Below are positions 28,512-41,222 of a stretch of DNA of 64,000 nt, piece by piece; position 1 is the stretch's first letter; each line of letters starts with the position of its first letter. Below the pieces are notes generated by a model. It was not told the origin of the DNA and did no database searches. It was given only the letters and a program-made list of their open reading frames with translations. This stretch comes from Octopus vulgaris (lineage: Eukaryota): positions 15,128,001 to 15,192,000 of the forward strand of contig OX597825.1 in assembly GCA_951406725.2 (NCBI GenBank), read 5' to 3'. A program made the position numbers and the translations under genes.

Positions 28512-29582
28512 ATGATAATAATAAACGGAAAACGTGTCATTCCCTGCTTTATATGACGTGCGCGAGCTTCATAAAAATGCCTTAAAATACCTCATTTTAT
28601 CCTAAAACTATATTTGAAAGAGATATTTAGTAGAAACACATACACTACTGCATACATACACGAAGACATATATTTATGCATATTTCTAAAGAGGTATTGT
28701 GATGTATAGTCTCTATGTAATGTTGTATATTTCTTTTATTATTATTATGAAACAAATTTATAACTATTTTGAATATTAGATATTCAACGTGACATAGACG
28801 ATGAAAAGAAGTCACGGATGAAGGTGTAAACATGTTGAGATATGGAGCACGTTAAATTGAAAAGAAAGTTAGTATTACGGAGATGGAGTGTATCATTACA
28901 AAACAAAAGACGTTAACAAAAGTAGGCGGCCATTGTGTTCCGCAAGGAGAACAAACTTTCCTGTCAGCATAATAGTCTAACAGGAGACATCAAATCTATT
29001 GAAACCAATATCTTGAAGACTTTACATTGTGTTCTTGTAGGTTTGCAAGGAAAGGAGCTTAGCTTTTCTTTCTTTAGCAAATAGTAATCATGTTTCTCGT
29101 GAATAGACGAAGTGTAATTTTTACAATGATTTTGGGAACAAACAATGGTAATTTTCATCTCTACATACAACATACAATGACAGTTACTATTATGAAGAAT
29201 CTTAGTTTCAAGGAAAAAAGGTGTGTTAATATTTGAGTAGCTTCCTTAGTGTCCTTATCCAAGAAAAGGACACTTTATTTTTGAAGCTGTCATACGCTCC
29301 TCCTTGGAATTTCACACAATGCAGCTGTGACAAGAATCAGTCAGTAAATATTAGGCCGAATGTGTTTCCTAAATCTATTTGAGTCTATGAAAAAGAAAAT
29401 AAACACTAAAACTTCTGCAGCTTTCATTGTACTAACTATATATTTGCCTTAGGCTTTTCTGATTAATTATGGAATTTGATTTGAACGGGTGTACTATACC
29501 ACATGAATGCAATATCATACACGGAAACTGACTGATATGTATATATATACATATAGATACACATACATATACATTTATATAC

Positions 29583-29627
<45 letters not shown>

Positions 29628-29632
<5 letters not shown>

Positions 29633-29805
29633 AAAATATTAGGGAATAAATCCAAAATTACAGGGAAAAATCAGATTTAGGATTAAATCCAATTTTATAG
29701 TAAAATATTATATAATATTAATTCGAGACAAAACCACTATTTTGCAAATCAAACAAGGAAAGACTTAATCAATACATAAAAAATTTTAATATAAAGTAAA
29801 TAAAG

Positions 29806-29836
<31 letters not shown>

Positions 29837-29930
29837 ATATTTACTTTATATTAAAATTTTTTATGTATTGATTAAGTCTTTCCTTGTTTGATTTGCAAAA
29901 TAGTGGTTTTGTCTCGAATTAATATTATAT
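29628..29930. repeat. (TA)n-embedded element with a perfect 93-bp inverted repeat
   Basis: Arms 29710-29802 and 29838-29930 are exact reverse complements with a 35-bp (AAAT)n spacer. A related single arm lies at about 63875-63950. Confidence 0.9.
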
Positions 29931-31602
29931 GTATATATATATATATATATATTTATATGTCGATCTCAAACACCATAAATTTACACAGCCCTAAACTCTA
30001 ACAACTGATTACTCCCAAATTTAGTTACATGCCTCCCTACCTTATTTATTCCATTACACATAAACTTTGTAACACGCTGCATCTACATGAAACGGAACGC
30101 TACTTTGGCGATCATTTTCTCAAAGTTTTCAGAGTTCCGGACCGAATTCAGAATAAACCTCTGGACTAATTCTCCAAATCATATGCCCCATCTTCTTTGT
30201 GTCTGAATTTTACTAAACATTATGCTCCTTTATATTAGCATAGCTTCAAACTTGGCGCTGTGTCACTCATAAAACTTAGTTTTTTTCAGTTTAATAATTT
30301 ATGTGTAAAAACAAAACGCGGCACATTAACATGCACAGTAATATAGTTTAAGGCATTCACCCAAGTAGAATTTACCGCAGTATATTACTGACCCATATAT
30401 ATTCTACTAGCCACATAAAAAAGGGAACATATCCCTCCATAAAGATTTGTATGTAATAGAACTTAAGTTTTAAAAATCTTTAGGTAGTTTTATTAAACGG
30501 AATAAAACATTACCATACGTGATTAGAGATGCTGATGAGAACGTTTTGAATTATTTTCTGCGAACGGTTGAACCCAACACTATCGACCGACATAAATTAT
30601 GGAGTTGATATGGCATCTAGCATCGCATATGTTTACATCTGGCATCTGTGTTCCTGATGGAAGATATTCAAGTTCATTTTTGTGTAGGTTTTGCATCAAA
30701 TACCTATGAATTTTAGACCCAACAACAATTAATCAACGAACATAACTCTTCGGATTATACCTAATCTGAAGACACAATACAACCTTCACCTTGATATGCA
30801 TTATGTAGTTCTTATTTTTTTTCTAGTTTATGTAAGACGGTAACATTCCGAGTAATACTTTTGCAATCAATCATCCCAAAAGAATATTATCCCATTTTTG
30901 AAACAATACAGGGAAAAGAGATGAAACGTAAATACAATACTAACACAATATATTACAACTTCTAACAACATAAGTTATATTGCCTGTTATAGTGTAGATA
31001 CTGCCTTATCATCAGCAATGTTCTTTTTGAAGTATGGAGATAAGGTACGGCCTCAGTCGGGAGTCACATTCCATGATATAACTCGATTTCCCCTCGTTTT
31101 ATTTTTACTTTTTAAAATCATTGAATAACGTCCACTTGTATCGCCGTTATTTTCGTTATCCCGTTGCTCTCTGGTATATGCGCTTCACCTTTGACATGTG
31201 TTCAATATTTCATTTGAATTACAGCAACAAAAATTTTATTTTCCTCATCAATTGCTCTTGATAAGTTTTGCAACCCAATAAAGATTCACACTTACTCTCC
31301 AGCTTACAATTTGAAAGTGATGTGTGTGAAATTTAGTAAGTTCAATGATATATCACACATGTAATGTTATAACTTTACTCATATTGAAAATTCCTAAAGA
31401 ATTCCCAGACATGCATAAATATGATTATGCAACCATCTGCAACATGTTTATCGCAAATATAGCTAGTTATCTCTAGCAAAATTTTATAGCTGTGTTGTGA
31501 AATAGTTTTGGAATTTCATTAATAACGACAATATGTACTCCAGACGCAGTTTCATTTTCCGAATGCATTTTCACAATCAGGAACACAATGTTCAGTATAA
31601 CC

Positions 31603-32100
<498 letters not shown>

Positions 32101-32836
32101 TGGTTGTGTGTGAGTGTTTGTTTGTGTCTGTGCATGTGAGTGTTTTCACAAATTTTTCGTCAGCATAGAATATTATATACAAATTGACAAATTTAAGTTG
32201 CATTGCAATAGATATACTAAAACAAGGGGGAATCTTCTAAACATTCACAGTGACTAAAATAGAAATTAAAATTACTGTTATGAATAAAATATTCTTCCGT
32301 TATATGTAGGAAGAAACGTCAAAACCAGAAAATATACGTAATAATTGATTTTCAGCATTGGCAATTCTACCTAATTAGACCTACATACCATTTCTGCACA
32401 GTTCAATTTATATTATTACTAGTTGCAAGTACAGCATAAATAAATTATGTCGTGACCAAATGTCCACACAATAGACAGAGATATCACCTTCGATTCATTA
32501 CTAAATAAATCAGGAAAATAGCACCTACAGCCATAATGCATATTATTGTGTTCCCTTGAAGGAGAGTAGTATATAAAGTCGACCACTGCTTTATTCGATA
32601 TTAGTCAATAAATGCAATAAACCGATCGTGTATCCGCAGTAGACCAATATGTATATCATACGTATAAGCTGAAGGAATATTTGACCTTTTAGAACTATAA
32701 TATCGATGTTTTATACTAATGGCTTTCATTAGGTTATGAATCAACCTTTTGTACGCTTGTCAAATCACTCGAAAATTAGAGAACGACTGTCCTAGAATTT
32801 ACACAAACTATCACACAGCTTGTGTTTATTCATACC

Positions 32837-33079
32837 TATTTATTTATTTATTTAGTTATTACCCACAAGGGGCTAAACATAGAGTGGACAAACAAGGACA
32901 GACATAGGTATTAAGTCGATTACATCGACCCCAGTGCGTAACTGGTACTTATTTAATCGACCCCGAAAGGATGAAAGGCAAAGTTGACCTCGGCGGAATT
33001 TGAACTCAGAACGCAACGGCAGACGAAATACGGCTACGCATTTCGCCCGGCGTGCTAACGGTTCTTCCAGCTCGCCACC
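32837..33079 (-). mobile_element. Meta-domain SINE (family C), monomer
   Basis: Head, one body and an (AAAT)n tail. TSD TTGTGTTTATT(C/T)ATAC on both sides. Confidence 0.9.
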
Positions 33080-33826
33080 TTGTGTTTATTTATACACCAC
33101 ACTATAAATAAAATCGCTGAACAAAATAGTGGCGATATAGAATTGGATGATATGCGATGGATCTTTACCAATGGATCATTGATGTTTATAAATTCATCAT
33201 TTAATGTGATGGTTACGTATTCTTTGAAATATCTAAACAAAAATATATTCGGGAAATATTTCGGAGAGATTTCGATTCGTTGCTTCCTTAAATTACTTGG
33301 AGTGGATCTTCACTTAACACGTTAACAAAATTGCAAATACAAATCCTTGTATTTGCAGGAAGACGAAATAAGTAACAAGTATATTAATTCGCGATAGAAA
33401 ATTAACATGCATTCAGAGGCAGAACTATCCTTTAAACATAAATGCGTCATGTTTAATGGATAAATATAATTGTAATTGTATTTTTCAGTGAAAAACCATG
33501 TTTATTAAATGTAATAGAAATATATTTACATGCATCTAATCAATAATCGCTTCAACGTTTCATAGCTACCTCATAATCTTCGTGTATTTTTTATTAAAAG
33601 ATATTATGGAAATGACGTTTTACGTATATTGTTGACACGTTTATTTACAACCCAAACACGTGACGGATTAGGTGAAACTGACATTGGCAATATGCTCAGA
33701 ATCGCATTTCAATACAAAGATTGTTTTGATGTTTTTGAAATTGCTACTAGTGCCACCTACATTCTCTCTTAACGAACGCGCTTGCACAAAATTTGAATTC
33801 GTACTTTATTATTTCTGCTGATTTAA

Positions 33827-34400
33827 CGTAGCGAATTGGCAGAAACGTTAGCACGCCGTTAGTATTTCGTCTGCCGCTACGTTCTAATTTCAAATTCCGC
33901 CGGGGTCGACCTTGCCTTGCATCATTCCGGGGTCGATTAAATAAGTGCAAGTTACGACTGGGGTGGATATAATCGACTTAATTCGTTTGTCTGTCCTTGT
34001 TTGTCCAATTTGTGTTTAGTCCCTCGTGGGTAGTAATGAAATAAGTATTTCCCCTGCCGTTATGTTCAGAGTTCAAATTCCGCCGAGGTCGACTTTGCCT
34101 TTCATCCTTTCGGGGTCGATAATTTAAGTACCATTTACGCACTGGGGTCGATATATTCGACCTAATCCGTTTGTATGTCCTTGTTTGTCCCTTCTGTGTT
34201 TAGCCCCTTGTGAGTAGTAAAGAGATAGGTATTTCATCTGCCACTATGTTCTGAGTTCAAATTCCGCTGATGTCGACATTGCTTTTTATCCTTTTGGAGT
34301 CGATTAAATAAGTACCAGTTACACACTGGGGTCGATGTAATCATCTTAATCCCTCGTTTGTCTCCTCTATGTTTAGCCCCCTGTGGGCAGTAAAGAAATA
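33827..34400 (+). mobile_element. Meta-domain SINE (family C), trimer
   Basis: One head and three bodies, with junctions at about 34043/34044 and 34227/34228 (unit about 184 bp). Confidence 0.9.
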
Positions 34401-34538
34401 AATATGCTCATAATTTCATTTTGATACAAAGATTGTTTTGATGTTTTTGAAATTGCTATTAGTGCCACCTACATTTCCTCTTAAAGAACGCGCTTGCACA
34501 AAATTTCAATTCGTACTTTATTATTTCTTGATATTTAA

Positions 34539-34798
34539 GGTGGCGAGCTGGTAAAATAGTTAGCACGCCAGGCGAAATGCTTAGAGGTATTTCGTCTGCC
34601 GCTACGTTCTGAGTTCAAATTCTGCCGAGGTCGACTATGCCTTTCATCCTTTCGGAGTCGATTAAATAAGTACCAGTTACGCACTGGGGTCGATATAATC
34701 GACTTAAACCGTTTGCCTGCCCTTGTTCGTCTCCTCTGTGTTTAGCACCTTGTGGGTAGTAAAGAAATGTGTATTTCTTCTGCCTTTAATTTCTGAGT
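34539..34798 (+). mobile_element. Meta-domain SINE (family C), monomer plus start of a second unit
   Basis: Head GGTGGCGAGCTGG. After AAAGAAAT the body restarts with GTATTTCTTCTGCC...TTCTGAGT. Confidence 0.85.
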
Positions 34799-35448
34799 AG
34801 AAAAGTCGCTGAGGCTGGTCCCAAAAATCTAAAGTAAGAGCATTAAATATTTTGGGAGAAAGCAAACGAATATCTACGACAAGAAAGACAGAAGAAAAAC
34901 GGAAAAATATTACTCAATTCCAAATACAAACAACAAGAAAATAACAACAGGTGTTTTTCGACTAAGAGAGACAAATCAAGTTGAGCTTGCGTGTGTAGAG
35001 TGAAAGCCTTGAGACAGGAACATAGATGAACAGTAGAGATGAAAATCAAGAGACAAGAAAAAGTAATGCTTCGTGTCTGGCAGTCGAACCAGGAAAAGCT
35101 TGGTCGAACACCTGTCACGTGGAAGGAAAGGAGAAAAGTAGGGCGCAGATGAATTGAAGAATAAGGGGGAGTACGAGAAGGAGAAAAAGATCAAAGAGAC
35201 ATGGAGAAAGTACAAGGGAGATAAACGACGAAAATGTGTAGATTAAAGAAAGTGAAGGCCAAGAATTGTGAGAGAGGGGAAACGTGAAAACGAAAGGAGG
35301 AAAGAAAGATGTAGGTAGATGGGAGAAAGGAAAACTATGAGGGGGATTAAACGAAGGAGTAAAACAGTTGTACAGGATTTAGATATATACATACAGGATT
35401 AGGAAAAAATGTACGTACACCTCAATATATATATATATATATATATAT

Positions 35449-35516
<68 letters not shown>

Positions 35517-35649
35517 AAAAAGAATGGAACAAAAATATAACAAAGGACAATAAAACATCCGGACAGATAGAGGATACGAAGATGAACAAGAAAGAGAATA
35601 AAAAGACGGCCAGGTCAAAACAAAGACGGGCCATCCGTGGCCTTCTCTC

Positions 35650-35729
<80 letters not shown>

Positions 35730-36060
35730 ATGCCTGTGTGTGTATGTATGTATGTATGATAAACGGTGTTGACAACACAGCAAAACAAATTGATGAATTG
35801 TGAGTAACCAAGTGTCATGGCGCGATTTGGCAAAAAAAAAAATGGATTAATTAAGGTGATTTTGAGTGGTTTTGTTTATGAACATTTTTGTTTATGAACA
35901 TTCCGATAATATTTAAAATTCACTACAAATGTCACTAATGCTAGTTGCAAATGTCTGTTTCTTTGAATGTTGCTTTAGGTTGTCTTTGCCTTCCAACGGT
36001 AGTAAGTGAAATATAAACTTGGAAATATTTTAAAATCCATATTGTATCAATGGAATATCA

Positions 36061-36097
<37 letters not shown>

Positions 36098-36846
36098 TCT
36101 GTAATTATATTTCCAAATTCAAGCATTTGGGTGGCAAAATACTACCCACATCCCTTGTCAAGAAGAGTTTATCAAAATATTATTGTGTTTACTTGAGCGT
36201 CCAAGTCTCGATGAAACAACAACTCAAATTCACTATGGAAATAATAGATACCTTAAATTTACCCAATCACATTATGGTAGCGATATTATATCCCGCTATA
36301 ACAGAATTATATTCTTTCACTTAACAGAAGACATTTGCCTATAGTGATCTGATTATTGTATACCCAATACATCAGCTGTGCACCCGAAGGTGAATATCAC
36401 TCCTATCCTTGTTTATACGTGTTAAATTAGAGGTGACAGTGGCATTCTGAGCTGAAAGTCATATCATATTCTTCTATAATTACATCCTATGTAAACTATG
36501 TTAATGCTCAAAAATACAGATATACCGAACGGAAAAATACAACCAAAAAAGAAGGCTACGCCCTAATCCATGTTAAAGACGTGGGGTCATAGGCTTCAGA
36601 AGACATTGTCCATTTAAAAATTAAAAAATGTTACAGTTGCGAAAGAACTGGACACAAGAGTTCACACTGCAGAACAAAATTATAAATGTCAGACCTTAAA
36701 AATCCTAGAGTGCTCTCAGTAGAAACAAAAATTGACTCCCAAATAAGAAAAGCTAAAAACAAAAAGAGGGAGAGATGCTGGAAAGAAAAAAATAAATAAA
36801 AAAAAAATTCACTTTTTCACAGTAGTTGAACTCTCAAAAGGGGAAA

Positions 36847-37114
36847 TGTTATCATAAGCGTTGCAACACCTCTTTGCGAGAGATAGACTGGTCCGAGTAT
36901 AGCATAGATGGTAACGATCCAAGTCAGTTAAACTTTCAGAGTTCGGCGTCGAGTGAAGTTCGTGTTAGTTCGCAGTGAAGTATGAAGGTGTCGCTTGGTT
37001 CATTTACAAGGAATATTGATTGTTTGTTCGTAAAGAGATTTGTTAGTTCGTTACATTGTTTTTACTGTTCTCTGGTTATCATATTCTTTGTACGTAACAA
37101 ATTACGTTACAACA
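36847..37114 (+). mobile_element. Possible solo LTR
   Basis: Bounded by TGTT...AACA, locally CpG-richer, with an Inr-like TCAGTT at about 36925. No TSD seen. Confidence 0.25.
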
Positions 37115-37316
37115 ACCATATGTACCTATACTTCTCGAATACATCTTAATAAACGAATAAGATGGCGTGCATATCAATTTGATTCCAAGAAGCTACACAT
37201 CAACAAAATTCATGGTTACCATGGCTTCAATTCCTATGCAATTCCTGTCTCATTTCAGTTATAGATCTCTAAGCATCTATAGCTCTCTACACACCTATGA
37301 TTTTCTGCGTTTATAG

Positions 37317-37408
<92 letters not shown>

Positions 37409-37797
37409 ACGCATATATAGTTCTCTATGTATTTATAGTTCTCTACGAATCAATACCTCTCTACCTCTCACATAATTCTTCGAACTATTTTCCTCTTTCT
37501 CTTGTATCTAAGTGCCTGCCACTTCATGTGTAAATCTCATTTATTCACGTAAATTATTATTTCTCTCCATTGCGTAATGTATTTGACATTTGTCGCTAAT
37601 GTTCTACTTCTCTATCCTGTTGAAGTTATACCTTGATTTTAAAAAATTACAGAAAAATTAAAGGAAAGATTAAATTTGAAAATGTTGCTGTTTTGTATTT
37701 CAACGCACGCTATAATGCATACACACATGCATATACACAAACACGAACACATGCATATATATATATATATATATATATATACAAACACACGAACACA

Positions 37798-37844
<47 letters not shown>

Positions 37845-37915
37845 ATACACATACACACGCAATATATATGTATATGTATACAGGCACAAATTTATACATA
37901 TATGAGTGTATACGC

Positions 37916-37954
<39 letters not shown>

Positions 37955-38019
37955 GACATAGACAGGGGAAAGAGTGACAGCAAAATAGACACAGAAGGAA
38001 AGAAAGAAAGAAGGAAGGA

Positions 38020-38055
<36 letters not shown>

Positions 38056-38722
38056 ATGAAGGAAAGAAAGAGAGAATGATGTGAAGAAAGGATATTTTTA
38101 AAGGAAGAAAGGAAGTGGGGAAGAAGAATGCAACGACGAATCAGAAAGGAAAAAGATAGCGAGAAAAAGAAACCAATTCCAACATTTGAATTAGCTACAA
38201 AAAGTTTTCAAAGATGTATCGCTACTTTGATATTATATTTCTGATCCAATTACAGTATCCACAGAGTAAAGTCAGCTGGAATCCATCAACGTTGTTTAGA
38301 CATTTATTTTACCACTATTGAAAATCAGTTATTCAAATATTAATATTTCACTGAATTCATACAAGATAAATCAGTATAATTAAGAAAGCTAATTAATGAA
38401 AAGAATCGTCGTTTTCAGCGGAATTCACTGCTAACACATCTGATTTATGACTTCACGGTTTAAAGATTATAACCCGTTGTGTAATATTTCCGGTTGATTA
38501 TTAATGGTTTTGTCCATCTTACCAGGATATGTAATGAAGTATTAATATATTTCAGGTGTAAATACTGTGTATAAATATCTACACACGCACGCATTTTTAT
38601 ACGAATTACTATCTGTGAGTATTCCTACCACTATCAGGTTTCTCGACGTTTGGTATCTGGTTCTGCGATAACTGGTTCTGAAGCCACTGGATTTTCTGCG
38701 TATATATATATATATATATATA

Positions 38723-39011
38723 TTAGAAGAAATGAGGTAATCAGAAGATCGGATGGTTCATATTTATAGATATTTATTTATATATTACAATTTTTACATA
38801 TATATATCATATCATTCAGATCATATCATTCGGATTATTAGCGCTTTCTCCCATTCCAGTGAGGTTTTCAATTTTTTTATTTGAAAACCCAACTGGAATG
38901 GGAGAAAGCGCTTATAACCTGAATGATATGATATATATATATGTAAAAGATGTAATATATAAATAAATATCTATAAATATGAACCATCCGATCTTCTGAT
39001 TACCTCATTTC

Positions 39012-39017
<6 letters not shown>
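38723..39017. mobile_element. (TA)n-flanked long hairpin element (inverted pLTR-like)
   Basis: Arms of about 140 bp (38723-38871 and 38881-39017) are near-perfect reverse complements with (TA)n on both sides. Each arm carries a hammerhead-like motif at the centre. Confidence 0.85.
38877..38917 (+). ncRNA. Hammerhead-like motif with compensatory U3-A8 core
   Basis: TTAT-TTGAAAA-CCCAACTGGAATGGGA-GAAA-GCGC-TT-ATAA. The mirror copy in the left arm reads GAAA-GCGC-TA-ATAA. Confidence 0.45.
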
Positions 39018-39078
<61 letters not shown>

Positions 39079-39240
39079 ATGAGAAGTAATTGTGTCAAGA
39101 AGACCCAAAGGTGTCGGGTAATGCTGAGTAAGTGCTATGGATAGACTATAGTTAAGCTCCAGGTTCAGTGATTATGCGAATAAGGAGTCAAACGCCAGTC
39201 ATATATCAGCATGCGTACGTATAAAGAATTAACAGAATCT

Positions 39241-39294
39241 AGCAAAAACTGTCCGATGAACAGCAACGGGAAACTCAGAGTAACAGGTTTTGTT
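39241..39294 (+). ncRNA. Minimal type-I hammerhead ribozyme motif (U4C core, GUA site)
   Basis: AGCAAAAACTGT-CCGATGA-A-CAGCAACGG-GAAA-CTC-A-GAG-TA-ACAGGTTTTGTT. Stem I pairs 11 of 12. Lies in a ~240-bp insert (39078-39320) between (GA)n and (TA)n. Confidence 0.7.
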
Positions 39295-39319
39295 GAATTT
39301 TCTGCTGCATTAAATAAAG

Positions 39320-39320
<1 letters not shown>

Positions 39321-39383
<63 letters not shown>

Positions 39384-39564
39384 GCAGAAATAGTATAAGA
39401 ATATATGATATAATGATATCTAACCAATGTTAACCATGCTATCTTAAAGATACCGTATTCACACTTGTATATATAAATGTATGTATATGTGCGTGCGCGC
39501 GTGTGTGAGTGTGTGTTTCTGAGTGTGTATGTACGTCTATGCATATATACATATGTATGTGTGC

Positions 39565-39659
<95 letters not shown>

Positions 39660-39740
39660 TGTATGTATGTATGTATGTATGTACGTATGTATGTATGTAT
39701 GTATGCATGTATGTATGTATGTATATATATTTATGTATGC
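39321..39740. repeat. Compound microsatellite region
   Basis: (TA)n, (TG)n and (TATG)n blocks. Confidence 0.9.
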
Positions 39741-40222
39741 ATGTCTGTATAGGCATGTGTGTATGTGCACTGTGTGTTTGCTTCCCATAAATGAGGGTAT
39801 GCGTTGAAACACTTTTCTACAGTCATAATGGCTTCTATTCCTACTCAAAAATTATCTATTACCCCTGTTAGTATCTATTTTAATATAATTATTGTAGTTA
39901 GTGTTTAAATTGTATTTTAAAAACTATGTAAAGTAAATTTATTTAAGTGCACATTAATCCTTTACGTGATTTATGAAAAAAACCTCATAATTGCATGCTG
40001 ATATTTAAAGTGCTACCGTTAAGTATGTAGTATAATTGCAATATTTTAATATTTGAGTTTGTATAGTTTTTTGGAAATCCCAATATAAGTGCGGTTTTCA
40101 TTTTAAGAAGGTATGTTGCCTCGAGTGAGTTTGTTAATGATATTACAGAATTCATGTTTCATAACGCACTACAGCGTGCACAATTGTTATTAAAACACCC
40201 TTAATTTAGTTTTGAGGAATCA

Positions 40223-40261
<39 letters not shown>

Positions 40262-40262
<1 letters not shown>

Positions 40263-40546
40263 ATTTACAAGATAAGGGCAGAAGAAAAATTCTAATGCCA
40301 AATATGCCGAAACAAAAAAATTGTCGATAACCATTAAAATTTATGCGTCTCGAAACAAACCGATAGAAATCTCAAAAAATTCGTTATTACCGTACTGGTC
40401 CAATTTCGGGGTTATTTCATAAGAAATTTCCCCCTTTTCAGCGGCAAATACGCGAGATATAAATGAAATACTTACTCATACCCATGCCATTTTTTGATAT
40501 GCTGGCCATTGATAAAATTTTTCACCGAAAAAAATTTTATCATATA

Positions 40547-40552
<6 letters not shown>
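40262..40552 (-). mobile_element. (TA)n-embedded short element carrying a hammerhead
   Basis: Unique ~290 bp between two (TA)n tracts. Contains the motif at 40387-40447 and a hairpin TGATAAAATTTTT...AAAAATTTTATCA at 40510-40542. Confidence 0.65.
40387..40447 (-). ncRNA. Type-I hammerhead ribozyme motif (G8A core substitution, GUA site)
   Basis: TTGCCG-CTGAAAA-GGGG-GAAATTTCTTATGAAATAA-CCCC-GAAA-TTGG-A-CCAG-TA-CGGTAA. All three stems pair. Confidence 0.75.
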
Positions 40553-40584
<32 letters not shown>

Positions 40585-40987
40585 GATAATAACACGGGGA
40601 TGGATATTCAATGGCGTAATTAATGCTCATAGCATATCTTGCATATCCTCATGTTCTATGTTCATTAGTTAGGAAGTTTTCATATTCATAATTTGTCATT
40701 TAATATTATTCTCAATATCTACGAATCCAGATTAAAACATATTAAGAATAATCATAAATAATATCTTTTGAATGTGAAACATGCTTAACTAATAAATATA
40801 TGGAATGCAGAAACATATGTTGTAAGCATCAATAAAACCATTACATTTCCATCGACATGGTATTATCGTTATCATGTAACAATGAGCACAGAAGCTTTGA
40901 AGACCTAATTCTGAGGCTGTTTCCCAAAAGACACACACTCACATACACTCTCTCACTCACACACAAACACTTATGTATACACACACA

Positions 40988-41018
<31 letters not shown>

Positions 41019-41025
41019 TTATGTA

Positions 41026-41173
41026 TACGCAGTCTGATCAATAAGTATCCGGACTGTTTCCATAGTACCGAAGCTAAAGCACGCAGAGTGACCTCGATTA
41101 GCAAAGATTGACCTTGAACTCCGCTATGTATGCGCAATAAGTTTTAACGTTCCTGATCACCTTTGATGTTTAT
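41026..41173 (+). mobile_element. Duplicate mariner left end
   Basis: TACGCAGTCTGATCAATAAGTATCCGGAC... is a diverged direct copy of 41223-41372. Confidence 0.8.
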
Positions 41174-41222
41174 AATACTTATGTATAACAGACACTATCC
41201 TTCTCTTACACACTTATATATA

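Noticed and set aside
33827-34400. CRISPR-like array in the ~183-bp tandem units
   Set aside because: There are no unique spacers, the units are SINE bodies and the context is eukaryotic.
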